A stretch of DNA of 63,963 nucleotides, counting the filler, from Acidimicrobiia bacterium (GTDB lineage: Bacteria; Actinomycetota; Acidimicrobiia; Spongiisociales; CAZKJJ01), in assembly GCA_046759765.1 (NCBI GenBank). It is 3 parts of 3 records of this genome, joined end to end, with 100 filler letters (N's around TTAATTAATTAA, not from the genome) between each part and the next. Parts side by side here need not be neighbours in the genome. Positions count along the whole stretch, not along the records: positions 1 to 29,064 come from JBHICV010000016.1; 2 more parts are not named here. One strand, given 5' to 3'. A program made the translations under genes and the position numbers. Below the pieces are notes generated by a model. It was given only the letters and a program-made list of their open reading frames with translations, did not search any database and was not told where the DNA came from. Below are positions 1 through 10,171 of this stretch, piece by piece. Within the stretch, counting starts at the first letter, position 1, and the number at the start of each line of letters is the position of its first letter.

Positions 1-12
1 GGGGGAGGGTCT

Positions 13-549
13 TTGAAGCTTCTGATCCTCGGTCCCCCCGGGGCTGGAAAAGGCACCCAAGCCGAGCGCCTGGCAGCCCATTTCGGGATCGCTCATATAT
101 CGACGGGTGAGATGTTTCGAGAACAGACCGGGGAGTTGGGGAAGCTCGTCTCCGAGATAATGGAAAGTGGCGACTACGTACCTGACGAGATCACCATCCA
201 GATGTTGAAACAGCGGATAGCCAAGCCCGACGCCGTTCCTGGCTTCGTGCTCGACGGGTTTCCTCGCACCCAACCTCAGGCAGAGTCACTGGACGAGCTG
301 CTGTCGACCGGTGGGCTCGACGCCGTGGTAGTGCTCGAGGTCCCGACCGAACAGTTAGTGACTCGATTGCTGCAACGGGGGAGGGCCGACGACACCGAAG
401 CTGCCATCAGAACCCGCCTGCAGGTGTATGCCGCACAGACCGAGCCGCTGATTGACCTCTACAGTGCACGCAACCTCGTGCGCACCGTGATCGGTGTAGG
501 CGAGGTCGAATCGATCACCAACCGGATAATCGATGCTGTGAGCGCATGA
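13..549 (+). CDS. adk: Adenylate kinase
   Basis: GPPGAGKGTQ P-loop, HISTG and LDGFPRT motifs; short LID-less form; upstream of map. Confidence 0.97.
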   Translation: MKLLILGPPGAGKGTQAERLAAHFGIAHISTGEMFREQTGELGKLVSEIMESGDYVPDEITIQMLKQRIAKPDAVPGFVLDGFPRTQPQAESLDELLSTGGLDAVVVLEVPTEQLVTRLLQRGRADDTEAAIRTRLQVYAAQTEPLIDLYSARNLVRTVIGVGEVESITNRIIDAVSA

Positions 550-1331
550 TTACGATCAAGACCAAGAGGGACTTCGAGAAAATGGCGGTCGCGGGCACCG
601 CCGTTGCCGCCGTCCTGGATGCTGTCGAAGAAGCCGCTCGTCCTTCGGTGAGCATGAAAGAACTCGACGAGCTCGCCGCCGGAATAATTCGTGCCCACGA
701 CTGTGAGCCTTCGTTTCTGGGCTATCACGGCTTCCCGGGTCACATCTGTACCTCCCCGAATGACGTGATAGTTCATGGCATACCCGGGTCCTACAAGCTG
801 CGAGAGGGCGACATCCTGTCCATCGATGCCGGGGCGATCTACAAAGGCTGGCACGGCGATGCCGCGATCACGTTTGCCGTTGGGGAGGTGGCGCCCGAAG
901 TCGCGCAGCTTCTCAAAGTGACCGAAGAGGCACTGTGGGCGGGCATCGGGCAGGTACGGGCAGGCGCTCGGCTGGGCGACATCGGCCATGCCGTGTCGCA
1001 AGAGGCCGAAACCGTCGGCGTTGGGGTGGTCCGGGAGTACGTGGGACATGGAATCGGCAGGCAGATGCACGAGGAACCGCAGGTTCCCAACTTCGGCGAG
1101 CCGGGTACAGGCATGCGGATTCGCAAGGGGATGGCCATCTGCATCGAGCCGATGTTCAACCTCGGTGGACAGGAGACCCAGGTCGAGGATGACGGCTGGA
1201 CGGTAAAGACCGCCGACGGCAGCCTCTCCGCGCACTTCGAGCACACGGTGGCGGTCACGGCCGAGGGTCCCAGGGTGCTGACCGCGGCCGAGGACGCCAG
1301 AGATTTGGTACAGCCGAAGAGGTCCCGGTAA
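546..1331 (+). CDS. map: Methionine aminopeptidase type I
   Basis: HGIP, IDAG, HGDAA, GHGIG..HEEP, IEPM and HFEHTV motifs. Confidence 0.97.
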   Translation: MITIKTKRDFEKMAVAGTAVAAVLDAVEEAARPSVSMKELDELAAGIIRAHDCEPSFLGYHGFPGHICTSPNDVIVHGIPGSYKLREGDILSIDAGAIYKGWHGDAAITFAVGEVAPEVAQLLKVTEEALWAGIGQVRAGARLGDIGHAVSQEAETVGVGVVREYVGHGIGRQMHEEPQVPNFGEPGTGMRIRKGMAICIEPMFNLGGQETQVEDDGWTVKTADGSLSAHFEHTVAVTAEGPRVLTAAEDARDLVQPKRSR

Positions 1332-1405
1332 TCTGTTAGCCGGTCGAGCGACCGCTGGTTCTGCCTGCCCGCATGGGCGCACTCTTGGGAAATACGAGGA
1401 GTCGC

Positions 1406-1519
1406 GTGAAGGTTCGTCCGTCTGCCAAGAAGATGTGCGAGAAGTGCCGGATCATCCGGCGACATGGCCGCGTCTGGGTGATCTGTACTAACCCGCGCCA
1501 CAAGCAGCGGCAGGGATGA
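1406..1519 (+). CDS. rpmJ: 50S ribosomal protein L36 (zinc-binding type)
   Basis: Read manually, not in the ORF track: GTG start after [43 protein letters not shown]. Confidence 0.97.
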   Translation: MKVRPSAKKMCEKCRIIRRHGRVWVICTNPRHKQRQG

Positions 1520-1523
1520 GCTG

Positions 1524-1907
1524 ATGGCCCGTATCGCAGGTGTCGACCTACCGCGTGAGAAGCGATTGGAGATAGGCCTCACGTACATCTTTGGCGTCGG
1601 GAGATCGCGCGGTCTGGAGGTCTGTCGCACGCTCGACATCGACGCCGGCACGAAGGTACGCGACCTCACCGATGAGGAGATCGTGAGGATCCGGCAGTTC
1701 ATCGAGCAGAACTACAAGGTGGAGGGTGACCTCCGTCGAGAGGTGTCACAGAACATTCGCAGGAAGATCGAAATCGGGTCCTATCAAGGAACCCGTCACC
1801 GCCGTGGCCTTCCGGTTAGAGGCCAGCGGACGCACACCAACGCGAGAACGCGCAAAGGCCGGCGAGTCGCCATCGCCGGTAAGAAGAAAGCCCAAGTCAA
1901 GAAGTAG
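1524..1907 (+). CDS. rpsM: 30S ribosomal protein S13
   Basis: [14 protein letters not shown]..., [18 protein letters not shown]. Confidence 0.98.
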   Translation: MARIAGVDLPREKRLEIGLTYIFGVGRSRGLEVCRTLDIDAGTKVRDLTDEEIVRIRQFIEQNYKVEGDLRREVSQNIRRKIEIGSYQGTRHRRGLPVRGQRTHTNARTRKGRRVAIAGKKKAQVKK

Positions 1908-1918
1908 CGGGAGATCAG

Positions 1919-2335
1919 GTGACCCAGCCAGCCCAGCCAGCCCAGCCAGCCCAGCCGAAGCGCGTTCGTCGACGTGAGCGGAGAAACATCAACCACGCGG
2001 TCGCCCACGTGAAGGCGAGCTTCAACAACACGATCATCACTATCTCGGACCTGGAGGGGGATGCAGTCGTATGGACCTCCGGTGGATCCGTGGGTTTCAA
2101 GGGATCCCGTAAGTCGACGCCATACGCGGCGCAGGTGGCGGCCGAGGAGGCGGCGAGACGGGCCGGCGAACATGGAATCCGCAAGCTCGATGTGATCGTG
2201 AGTGGCTCCGGCTCGGGCCGGGAGACCGCCATTCGCACGTTGCAGAACATGGGGATGGAGATCACCGGCATCCAGGATGTGACGCCTATCCCGCACAACG
2301 GCGTCCGCCTGCCCAAGCGGCGGAGAGGCAAGTAG
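1919..2335 (+). CDS. rpsK: 30S ribosomal protein S11
   Basis: [32 protein letters not shown]. Confidence 0.98.
   Translation: MTQPAQPAQPAQPKRVRRRERRNINHAVAHVKASFNNTIITISDLEGDAVVWTSGGSVGFKGSRKSTPYAAQVAAEEAARRAGEHGIRKLDVIVSGSGSGRETAIRTLQNMGMEITGIQDVTPIPHNGVRLPKRRRGK
1925..1957 (+). repeat. 9-bp tandem repeat (CAGCCAGCC) encoding QPA x3 plus QP in the S11 N-terminus
   Basis: cagccagcc cagccagcc cagccagcc cagccg. Confidence 0.9.
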
Positions 2336-2943
2336 TGGCTCGCTACACCGGCCCTGTCCACAAAGTGTGCCGTCGCGCTCGCATTCCGCTATGTCAAACC
2401 AAGCGCTGTGCCGTTGACCGGAGACCGTACCCGCCGGGAGAGGCCGGCAGGGGTCGCATCAGGGAGTCGGACTATCTGATCCAGCTCCGAGAGAAGCAGA
2501 AGCTACGAGCCATGTACGGGCTACTCGAGCGCCAGTTCCGCCGGTACTATCGGGAGGCCGCCCAGGAGCGCGGCATCACGGGTGACAACCTGCTCCGAAG
2601 GCTCGAGACCCGCCTGGATAACGTCGTCTATCGGGCCGGACTGGCCGCTACGAGAGCCCAGGCGCGGCAACTAGTGAACCACGGCCACTTCCTTGTCAAC
2701 GGAACAAAGGTCGATATTCCGTCCTATCGGGTGAAGGTCGGAGACGTCGTCAGCCTCCGTTCCCGAAGCGAGGATCTGATTGTCGTCCAGCACGCCATCG
2801 ATACGGGTGGCGATCGGGCCATGCCCGACTGGATCGACGTCAGCCAAGACGACCGCAAAATCGTCGTGAACGAGATGCCCAGCCGAGACCAGATCGATAC
2901 ACCCATCAAAGAACAGCTAATCGTTGAGCTGTATTCGAAGTAA
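2335..2943 (+). CDS. rpsD: 30S ribosomal protein S4
   Basis: MARYTGP, QLREKQK, LETRLDNVVYR, ARQLVNHGH, VELYSK. Confidence 0.98.
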   Translation: MARYTGPVHKVCRRARIPLCQTKRCAVDRRPYPPGEAGRGRIRESDYLIQLREKQKLRAMYGLLERQFRRYYREAAQERGITGDNLLRRLETRLDNVVYRAGLAATRAQARQLVNHGHFLVNGTKVDIPSYRVKVGDVVSLRSRSEDLIVVQHAIDTGGDRAMPDWIDVSQDDRKIVVNEMPSRDQIDTPIKEQLIVELYSK

Positions 2944-2954
2944 GGGGTCAAGCC

Positions 2955-3902
2955 TTGTTGATCGTCCAGCGTCCGCAAATCGAAGAAGAGTCAGTTGAGC
3001 CTGTCCGCTCGCGGTTCGTAGTCGAGCCGCTTGAGCCCGGGTTCGGCTACACACTCGGGAACACGTTGCGAAGGACACTCCTATCGAGGATTCCCGGTGC
3101 CGCCATTACCTCGATCCAGATCGAGGGCGTCCAACACGAGTTCACGACCGTTACCGGTGTGGTGGAGGATGTGGTCGACATAATCCTGAATCTGAAACAG
3201 CTGGTTGTGCGCACAGAGGAGTTGGAGCCGCAGACGCTGTACCTGTCGGTCAAGGGTGCCGGCGAGGCCACCGCAGCCGACCTCAAGATCCCAACCGGGG
3301 TGGAGATTGTCAACACCGATCTGCATCTCGCCACTTTGACCTCGGGTGGGCGGCTCGAAATGGAGATGACGGTCGAGCAGGGCGTCGGCTATCGCTCTGC
3401 TGAGCGAAACAAGAAGAGCGACACGATCGGTGTGCTTCCGATCGACTCGATCTTCTCTCCGGTACGCAAAGTTGCCTACCGCGTCGAGAACACGCAGGTC
3501 GGCCAGATGACCAACTTCGACAAACTCATTCTCGATGTCGAGACCGACGGTTCGATTCCGCCCTCCGAAGCCCTTTCGTCGGCCGGCAAGACCCTACGCG
3601 AGATACTGGGACTTTTCGCCGACCTCGGAGAGGGTCAGGGGCTTGAGCTCGGGGACGTGACCGTGCAGGAGTCGACCTCTCCCGATCTCGACCTCCCGAT
3701 CGAGGCGCTCGACCTCTCTGAGCGTCCGCGCAACTGCCTCAGGAGGGCCCAGATCCACACCGTCGGCGAGCTGATCCAAAAGACGGAGGAGGAGCTTTTG
3801 AATATCACCAACTTCGGGCAAAAGAGCCTGGAGGAGGTGGTGGCCAAGCTCGACGAGCTGGGTCTCAGCATTCGTAGATCGACGGACGCCGAGGAAGACT
3901 GA
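2955..3902 (+). CDS. rpoA: RNA polymerase subunit alpha
   Basis: [25 protein letters not shown], alpha-CTD NFGQKS. Confidence 0.98.
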   Translation: MLIVQRPQIEEESVEPVRSRFVVEPLEPGFGYTLGNTLRRTLLSRIPGAAITSIQIEGVQHEFTTVTGVVEDVVDIILNLKQLVVRTEELEPQTLYLSVKGAGEATAADLKIPTGVEIVNTDLHLATLTSGGRLEMEMTVEQGVGYRSAERNKKSDTIGVLPIDSIFSPVRKVAYRVENTQVGQMTNFDKLILDVETDGSIPPSEALSSAGKTLREILGLFADLGEGQGLELGDVTVQESTSPDLDLPIEALDLSERPRNCLRRAQIHTVGELIQKTEEELLNITNFGQKSLEEVVAKLDELGLSIRRSTDAEED

Positions 3903-4252
3903 TGCCGAAGCCCAGGAAAGGGCCTCGGCTCGGCGCTGGACCCGCTCACTCACAGCTGATGCTTGCCGGCCTGGCCGCCTCGCTCTTTTCCCACGAAAGA
4001 GTCACCACGACTTTGGCCAAGGCCAAGGCGGTGCGACCGGTGGCTGAGCGGCTCATCACGAAGGCCCGCAGGGGCGACATCCACTCACGACGCCAGGTCC
4101 TGAAGCTGATCCCGGACAAAGAGGTCGTAACCCGACTCTTTGACGAGGTCGCCCCGCGATATATCGACCGGCCCGGTGGCTACACCCGCATAACGCGGGT
4201 CGGACCCCGGCGTGGGGACTCAGCCGAGATGGCGGTTATCGAGCTCGTCTGA
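3902..4252 (+). CDS. rplQ: 50S ribosomal protein L17
   Basis: [33 protein letters not shown]. Confidence 0.98.
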   Translation: MPKPRKGPRLGAGPAHSQLMLAGLAASLFSHERVTTTLAKAKAVRPVAERLITKARRGDIHSRRQVLKLIPDKEVVTRLFDEVAPRYIDRPGGYTRITRVGPRRGDSAEMAVIELV

Positions 4253-4253
4253 C

Positions 4254-4795
4254 TTACTGAACGCCAGCAGGGATCGACGAACGAAGCGGTTTGTTGGCGA
4301 CGGTGAAGCTGTCGATCAAGGTCCCGTCAGCGGCTATGGCCTCCACCCCGATCGATCCAGGCTTAATCGTCAGCACGAGGAAGTGGTGGTCGGTGTCATT
4401 CGCCACCAGCGGCTCGGTGGTGCCCGGCGGGCACGCCCCCACCGGATAGAGATCCCTACCTCCGCCCCCCGTGACGATATACGTCATATTTCGCTGGAAG
4501 ATCCGCTGGTAGTTGTGATCGTGACCGGAGAGCACCATTTCGACGCCTCTCCGGTTGAGGAGAAACTGCCAATTCTTGACCACCTCGGGAATGCTGCCGT
4601 GCTGTGAGCAGCTGTGCGACCGGGGTGGCGGTAGTCGTCGGGCGCGCCTCAGTGGTGGTGCTCGCGCTCGTGGTGACAGGCGCCAGGGGTCGTCGTCGGA
4701 GATGTCGTCGCCACAGGCGCCGTCTCACCAGAGGTCTGGGTACAGGCGGAAACGACCAGCGCCACTACGAGCGTGGCAACTGGGGCCCGTTTCAT
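4254..4795 (-). pseudogene. Decayed lipoprotein metallophosphoesterase (frameshift plus internal deletion)
   Basis: Lipobox MKRAPVATLVVALVVSAC at 4795, a Thr-rich linker in a second frame, and C-terminal motifs HSCSQHGS...VLSGHDHNYQR..YIVTGGGG in a third frame; N-terminal metal-binding motifs are missing. Confidence 0.7.
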
Positions 4796-4796
4796 G

Positions 4797-5504
4797 TCAG
4801 AAGCGGCGCTGAACCTTCTCTGACTGGGCGTCTTCGGACTCGACAAAGCCGGCTTTTTTGAACAGCTTCACCCGGCCGTGGTATGCGGAGGCGTCCTCCA
4901 CATGGTCCGGAACCGGGTAAGCCTCGGCCAGCTCGACTCCATCCGATGGCAGCTCCGACATGGCCGCGTCCAGGAGTTGGGCGCCAATGCCGTAGCCGCG
5001 ATGTGTGGGTGCAACCGTGAAACACACGAGAGAGGCCACGCCTTCATCGTCGCCAGTTGCGTGTTCCGGAAACTCGCCCCGGTCCGAGGCGTTGCACCAG
5101 CCGACGACCTGGTTGCCCTCGTAAGCGAGGAACGCCCGCATGGAGCCGCTCTCGATCCGCGTTCGCAGCTCGTCCCGGTTGTCCTGCCAGCTCCGGTCCT
5201 CCCACCGGGGCTCTGCGTCCTGGCCCAAGTGGTGGTAGATGCAGTAACAAGACGCCCAACCGGGGTTATTGGCGAAGGCCCGATTGTCGAAGAAATCGAG
5301 GATGTCCTCCGCGCTTTCGGGACCGGCCCGGCGCATCTCAACCCGACCCACCTCTGCGCGGCCCTTAGTGGGCTGGCCTTGCATTCGATCCTGAGCGTCC
5401 AGGTAGTTGTTCAGCTGCGTGTCGGTTAACTGAAGGTCGGGATACTTGGCTTCGAGGCGTTGGCGCAGGCGGTTCCTCTGTTCTGTGCGGTCGGTCATGG
5501 GCAC
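4797..5504 (-). CDS. GNAT family N-acetyltransferase
   Basis: W-x-x-CYC, VVGWCN, CFTVAPTHRGYGIG (acetyl-CoA motif), EAYP..YHG. Confidence 0.85.
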   Translation of the reverse strand: MPMTDRTEQRNRLRQRLEAKYPDLQLTDTQLNNYLDAQDRMQGQPTKGRAEVGRVEMRRAGPESAEDILDFFDNRAFANNPGWASCYCIYHHLGQDAEPRWEDRSWQDNRDELRTRIESGSMRAFLAYEGNQVVGWCNASDRGEFPEHATGDDEGVASLVCFTVAPTHRGYGIGAQLLDAAMSELPSDGVELAEAYPVPDHVEDASAYHGRVKLFKKAGFVESEDAQSEKVQRRF

Positions 5505-5516
5505 CGGAAGATAACA

Positions 5517-5600
5517 GCACTCAGCCGTCAGTTGTCAGTCGTCAGTTCTCAGTTCCGGAATGATGACCGAAAACTGAATACTGATTACTGACAGCCGCAG
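5517..5600. repeat. Heptamer-periodic palindromic intergenic repeat (TCAGNNN ... NNCTGAN), copy 1
   Basis: tcagccg tcagttg tcagtcg tcagttc tcagttc, followed by actgaat actgatt actgaca. Confidence 0.8.
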
Positions 5601-5616
5601 GCTGTACTGTTCCCCC

Positions 5617-6318
5617 GTGGTCGCCGCCGTACCGAAGCTCCGAAAGGCGCTTCGCAAGAGCGCTCCTTCGCTCAGGCTCGAACGCGCGTTGTGGGACCAG
5701 GGACACGAGATCGTCATCGGAATGGACGAGGTCGGGCGTGGGGCTTGGGCCGGACCGATCAGCGTGGGGGCTGCGGTCATACCGAAGGATCGCCGCGTCT
5801 ACAAGATTCGCGACTCGAAGCTCCTCACTCGCCAGGAGCGGGAAGCGCTGTTCGACCGACTGGCCGCCTGGTGTGCAGCGTGGTCTGTTGGTCATGCCAC
5901 GAACACCGAGTGCGATGAGTTGGGCATGTCAGAAGCGCAAAGGCTCGCCGCCCGGCGTGCCCTCGATGGCCTCGGAGTGGCAGTAGACCAGATCCTGCTG
6001 GACGGGCGCTGGGATTTCGTCGGCGGCGACGGAACCCACCGGATTGTGCGCGGCGACGTCTCCTGCCTTTCCATCTCTGCCGCCTCGATCCTGGCGAAGG
6101 TCACCCGGGATCGGCTGATGTCCGAGGAGGCGCCGAACTTTCCGGGGTACAACTTCGAGAGCAACAGTGGGTACCCGAGTCCTACGCACAAGGCGGCCCT
6201 GCATGCCTGGGGTCCGACGGTGCTCCACCGGCGCAGCTGGGTGTTCATGGACTATCTGGCCTGGTCAGGGGTGGCCCGTTACCGGAGACCGGACCCGCAA
6301 GGGACACTCTTCGAGTGA
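5617..6318 (+). CDS. rnhB: Ribonuclease HII
   Basis: GMDEVGRGAWAGP, DSKLL, ISAASILAKVTRD, GYPS..H, HRRS. Confidence 0.95.
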   Translation: MVAAVPKLRKALRKSAPSLRLERALWDQGHEIVIGMDEVGRGAWAGPISVGAAVIPKDRRVYKIRDSKLLTRQEREALFDRLAAWCAAWSVGHATNTECDELGMSEAQRLAARRALDGLGVAVDQILLDGRWDFVGGDGTHRIVRGDVSCLSISAASILAKVTRDRLMSEEAPNFPGYNFESNSGYPSPTHKAALHAWGPTVLHRRSWVFMDYLAWSGVARYRRPDPQGTLFE

Positions 6319-6384
6319 GTCGTCAGTTGTCAGTCATCAGTAACTGAGAACTGAAAAACTGAAAACTGAGAACTAAGACTCACT
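6319..6384. repeat. Heptamer-periodic palindromic repeat, copy 2
   Basis: gtcgtcagttgtcagtcatcagt aactgagaactgaaaaactgaaaactgagaactaagact, immediately after the rnhB stop. Confidence 0.8.
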
Positions 6385-6413
6385 ACCCTCGTCGAAACCC
6401 GTAATGGAGGTCC

Positions 6414-6920
6414 TTGATCCTCCAGCAGATGTTTCGTGCGGCGCGGCTCGACCGGACTCTCTATAGCGAGCTGGTCTTCGACTCCTATGCGACTGGTAAC
6501 GCCGTTTTGCTGGTAGCCGGCATCTACGGCGCCGTATATGTGGCGCTGGTGCTCGGCAGTTCCCGCGGTTTCACGGTCATCCTTTTTCTGAACGTTGTCT
6601 TGGGCGGAGTCGTGCAATGGATCGTTGCGGCCGGCGCACTTTGGCTGGCCGGCACCAAGATCTTCCCCGGAGATGCCAGATTCCCGACTGTTCTGAGGCT
6701 CAGCGGGTACGCATTCACGACTCTTATCCTGTTGGTGGTCCAGCCACTCGTATCGGGTGCCCTGGCCCAGCTGGTATTCGCCGCCGCTCTCCTGTGGTTT
6801 GGCGTGGCTCTGGCCGTTGTGGCGGAGGTGTCGATGGATCTGCAGCGGCGCCAGTCAATCCCCACGGCGCTGATCGCCGTCGCCGTCTGGTTCATCTTCG
6901 CAGGTCTCGTCGGCTTCTAG
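6414..6920 (+). CDS. Yip1-like membrane protein
   Basis: About 5 hydrophobic segments; GGAGG RBS before TTG; RAARLD..YSEL N-terminus resembles the bacterial Yip1 family. Confidence 0.65.
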   Translation: MILQQMFRAARLDRTLYSELVFDSYATGNAVLLVAGIYGAVYVALVLGSSRGFTVILFLNVVLGGVVQWIVAAGALWLAGTKIFPGDARFPTVLRLSGYAFTTLILLVVQPLVSGALAQLVFAAALLWFGVALAVVAEVSMDLQRRQSIPTALIAVAVWFIFAGLVGF

Positions 6921-7654
6921 TGCCCGCATATCGATTGGACGTCTCCTACGACGGGACCGACTTCCATGGCTACGCCCGACAGGCCGGCCTTCGGACCGTC
7001 CAAGAGGTACTGGAGGGGGCATTGGCCACTGTCATCGGCCCGGTGGAAACAGTCGTGGCAGGTAGGACCGACGCCGGTGTTCACGCTGCCCATCAGGTAA
7101 TCAGCTTCGCCACCGAGGAGGGAGTGGATCCCAGCCGGTTGGTCGGTCGCCTGGCGAAGTTGCTCCCGCCGGATGTAGCCGTCCAGGACTTTGTCGAGGT
7201 TCCTCCCGAGTTCAATGCGCGGTTCGACGCCGTCAGCCGCACTTACCGCTACATGGTCTATAACCGGGCGGTGGCCGACCCGCTCCTACGGAGAACGTCG
7301 TGGCACGTGCCGACGCCTCTTGATATCGAGGAGATGAGGAAGGCATCCGCTCATTTCGTCGGCCGCCATGACTTTGCGTCGCTGTGTCGCCGCGCCGAAG
7401 GTCGCTCGAGCGTGCGCACTGTTCTGGCCGCGTCGTGGGATGAACCAAGCGACGGTGTCCTCACCTTCGAGGTGGAAGGAGAGTCCTTCTGCCACCAGAT
7501 GGTCCGGTCGATGGTCGCGTTAGCCATCGAGGCAGGACGGGGCAAGGTCGCTCCCCATGAGGTTCCTGCCATTTTGGAGGCCCGTGACCGCAACGCAGCG
7601 AAAGGCGCAGCTCCGGCGAGGGGCCTTATCCTGTGGGCGGTTTCGTATGGGTAG
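6920..7654 (+). CDS. truA: tRNA pseudouridine(38-40) synthase
   Basis: YDGTDFHGY, AGRTDAGVHA, FNARF, SFCHQMVR; GTG start overlaps the upstream stop. Confidence 0.96.
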   Translation: MPAYRLDVSYDGTDFHGYARQAGLRTVQEVLEGALATVIGPVETVVAGRTDAGVHAAHQVISFATEEGVDPSRLVGRLAKLLPPDVAVQDFVEVPPEFNARFDAVSRTYRYMVYNRAVADPLLRRTSWHVPTPLDIEEMRKASAHFVGRHDFASLCRRAEGRSSVRTVLAASWDEPSDGVLTFEVEGESFCHQMVRSMVALAIEAGRGKVAPHEVPAILEARDRNAAKGAAPARGLILWAVSYG

Positions 7655-7909
7655 AGGCAGCCCCGCCAATGCTTCGACTGATCGTCGGGCGCACCTTCTC
7701 GGGCCTGGCCGCCCTCGTGAGTGCCAGCCGGTGTGGCCCTTTCGATATTCGCAGCCGCCTTCTGCATGGTGTCGGTGGGGCTGCGGCAGGTCGTCGATCC
7801 AAGGCGAACGAGCGCAAACCGCCGGCGTTAAGCGGCCTCCTTGAGCTCGCCCAAGGACCAACGATCCGGTACCATGCAGGCCGCGCTCCGCCGCGGCGGG
7901 GCCTTTTCT

Positions 7910-8380
7910 ATGCAGACCATGCCGAAGACGCAGAAGACCTATTCACCGAAGATCACCGACATCGAGCGCGAGTGGTTCGTGGTCGACGCGACCGATCTGC
8001 CTCTGGGGCGCCTCGCGTCGGAGGTGGCCAAGGTCCTCCGTGGTGTCCACAAGCCGATGCGAGCTCCCCATCTCGACGTGGGTGACTATGTGATCGTTGT
8101 AAATGCCGCCAAGGTGGCCGTGACCTCCGGCAAGAGCCAGTCGAAGATCTACTACCGCCACTCCGGATACCCGGGAGGGCTAAGGGAGGAGACCTTCGAG
8201 CGCCTGGTCGAGCGCCGGCCCGAAGCTGTGATCGAGCGAGCGGTCCGTGGAATGCTGCCGAAGAACAAACTTGGGAGGCAGATGTTCCGCAAGCTCAGGG
8301 TTTATGCGACTGAGAAACACCCGCATGAGGCACAGGGGCCGGAACCGCTCGATCTCGGAATTCGCCGGGTGGAGGCATGA
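7910..8380 (+). CDS. rplM: 50S ribosomal protein L13
   Basis: [39 protein letters not shown]; start is 7910 or 7919. Confidence 0.97.
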   Translation: MQTMPKTQKTYSPKITDIEREWFVVDATDLPLGRLASEVAKVLRGVHKPMRAPHLDVGDYVIVVNAAKVAVTSGKSQSKIYYRHSGYPGGLREETFERLVERRPEAVIERAVRGMLPKNKLGRQMFRKLRVYATEKHPHEAQGPEPLDLGIRRVEA

Positions 8381-8772
8381 TGCGGGAAGTGCTCGCACAG
8401 GCGGTGGGACGGCGCAAAGAGTCAGTCGCTCGGGTCAGAGTGTTCCGGGGAACGGGGAGCGTCGTAATTAACGGTCGGTCGATCGATGACTTTTTCGGCA
8501 CGATCTGGCAGCGAAGCCGTGTGATGGAGCCGCTTCGTTCAGTGAGCCTCGACGGTCATTATGACGTGCAGGCGAATGTCGGCGGAGGTGGCACGACCGG
8601 TCAGGCTGATGCCCTCAGGTTGGGCATCGCTCGAGCCCTGGTGGAGTTGGACTCCACGCTACGTAGGCCGCTGAAGAAGGGCGGATTCCTGACTCGTGAC
8701 GCCAGAATCGTCGAACGTAAGAAGTACGGTCTGAAGAAGGCCCGGCGCGCCGAGCAATACACCAAGCGCTAA
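8377..8772 (+). CDS. rpsI: 30S ribosomal protein S9
   Basis: [32 protein letters not shown]. Confidence 0.98.
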   Translation: MMREVLAQAVGRRKESVARVRVFRGTGSVVINGRSIDDFFGTIWQRSRVMEPLRSVSLDGHYDVQANVGGGGTTGQADALRLGIARALVELDSTLRRPLKKGGFLTRDARIVERKKYGLKKARRAEQYTKR

Positions 8773-8784
8773 CCGGGCGGGATT

Positions 8785-10116
8785 ATGCGCGAAGGCAAGC
8801 GTCTATTTGGCACCGACGGTGTCCGCGGAGTTGCCAACGTCGACCTGACGCCGGAGTTCGCCACTGAGCTCGGGCGTGCTGCCGGCGAGCTTGTACAGGG
8901 AAGCGTTGTGACGATAGGCCGTGATACCCGTCGCTCAGGTCCCATGCTGGCAGCTGCGATCAAAGCCGGGTTCAATTCGCTGGGTACCGATACGATCGAC
9001 CTCGGTGTCCTGCCTACCGGAGGCATCTCCCATCTGACTCGAATGTCGTCCGCTGACTTCGGCGTAGTCATCTCAGCCTCACACAACCCGGCTCCGGACA
9101 ATGGCATCAAATTCATTGGAAGGGACGGCTCGAAGCTGTCCGATGCCATGGAGGATGCCATCGAAGCCAGGTATCGACTGGGCCCGCCCTACCCGAGCGC
9201 CACGGGTGAAGGCGTGGGGACCGACTTTCCGATGGAGGACGCCCTCTCGTCATACGTCGAGTACTTGGCTTCGGAGAGCTCCTACACCCTTCGCGGTATA
9301 TCACTTGCCCTCGACTGTGCCAATGGGGCTGCCTACGAGGCTGCGCCGCAGGTGTTCGAGCGTCTTCATGCGGAGGTCGAAGCGTTCGCCGCAGACCCGG
9401 ACGGGACCAACATCAACGACGGCTGTGGGGCCACCAACCCGTCGTTTCTCGCCGCGCGGTCTGCCGGACGTATCGGGCTGGCATTCGACGGCGACGCCGA
9501 CCGATTGATAGCTATTGACGAGGATGGAGTTCCTGCGAACGGTGACGTCGTCATGGCGATCATCGCCCGTCATCTGAAGGAGCAAGGGAAGCTCAAGGGA
9601 GATCAGGTGGTGGCAACGGTGATGGCCAACCTGGGTTTCCGCAAGGCAATGCATGAGGCGCAGATCGAGATCGTCGAGACGCAGGTAGGTGATCGTTATG
9701 TACTCGAAGCTATGCGGGAGCACGAAGCCATCCTCGGAGGCGAGCAGTCGGGTCACATCATCTTCACTGAAACCGCCCGGACCGGCGACGGGCTACTGAC
9801 GGCGATTCGCTTGTTGGAAGTCATAGCCGGAACCGGTCGGGAGCTTCGGGAGCTGCGCCAAACAGCCATCACTGAATATCCCCAAGTGACGCGAAATGTC
9901 ACGGTGGCGGAGAAAGAGGCGCTCGACGAGGCAGAAGTGGTCTGGGAATCCGTGCAGGCGGCTGCCGAACGGCTTGGCGACGACGGTCGCGTTCTGGTAC
10001 GGGCCTCCGGCACCGAGCCTATGGTCCGCGTCATGGTGGAGGCGCCAACGCGCGAGGACGCCAATGCCGTCGCCGAAGAGCTGACCGCCGTCATTCGCTC
10101 AGAAATGGGTCAGTAG
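8785..10116 (+). CDS. glmM: Phosphoglucosamine mutase
   Basis: LFGTDGVRG, ISASHNP, DGDADR, GGEQSGH, RASGTEP. Confidence 0.97.
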   Translation: MREGKRLFGTDGVRGVANVDLTPEFATELGRAAGELVQGSVVTIGRDTRRSGPMLAAAIKAGFNSLGTDTIDLGVLPTGGISHLTRMSSADFGVVISASHNPAPDNGIKFIGRDGSKLSDAMEDAIEARYRLGPPYPSATGEGVGTDFPMEDALSSYVEYLASESSYTLRGISLALDCANGAAYEAAPQVFERLHAEVEAFAADPDGTNINDGCGATNPSFLAARSAGRIGLAFDGDADRLIAIDEDGVPANGDVVMAIIARHLKEQGKLKGDQVVATVMANLGFRKAMHEAQIEIVETQVGDRYVLEAMREHEAILGGEQSGHIIFTETARTGDGLLTAIRLLEVIAGTGRELRELRQTAITEYPQVTRNVTVAEKEALDEAEVVWESVQAAAERLGDDGRVLVRASGTEPMVRVMVEAPTREDANAVAEELTAVIRSEMGQ

Positions 10117-10171
10117 GCCAGGCTGTAGCCCTCCGTAGCTTGAGCGGGTAGCCTGACTGCAAAACCGGGAC

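Noticed and set aside
6617..6919. Long N-terminal extensions of truA (similarly alr, tsaE, patA, speB and the 57595 gene)
   Set aside because: They overlap neighbouring real genes; family-like sequence begins at the downstream starts given in the features.
10120..10156. Imperfect hairpin after glmM as a second riboswitch or terminator
   Set aside because: Weak pairing, no U-tract and no recognisable aptamer motif.
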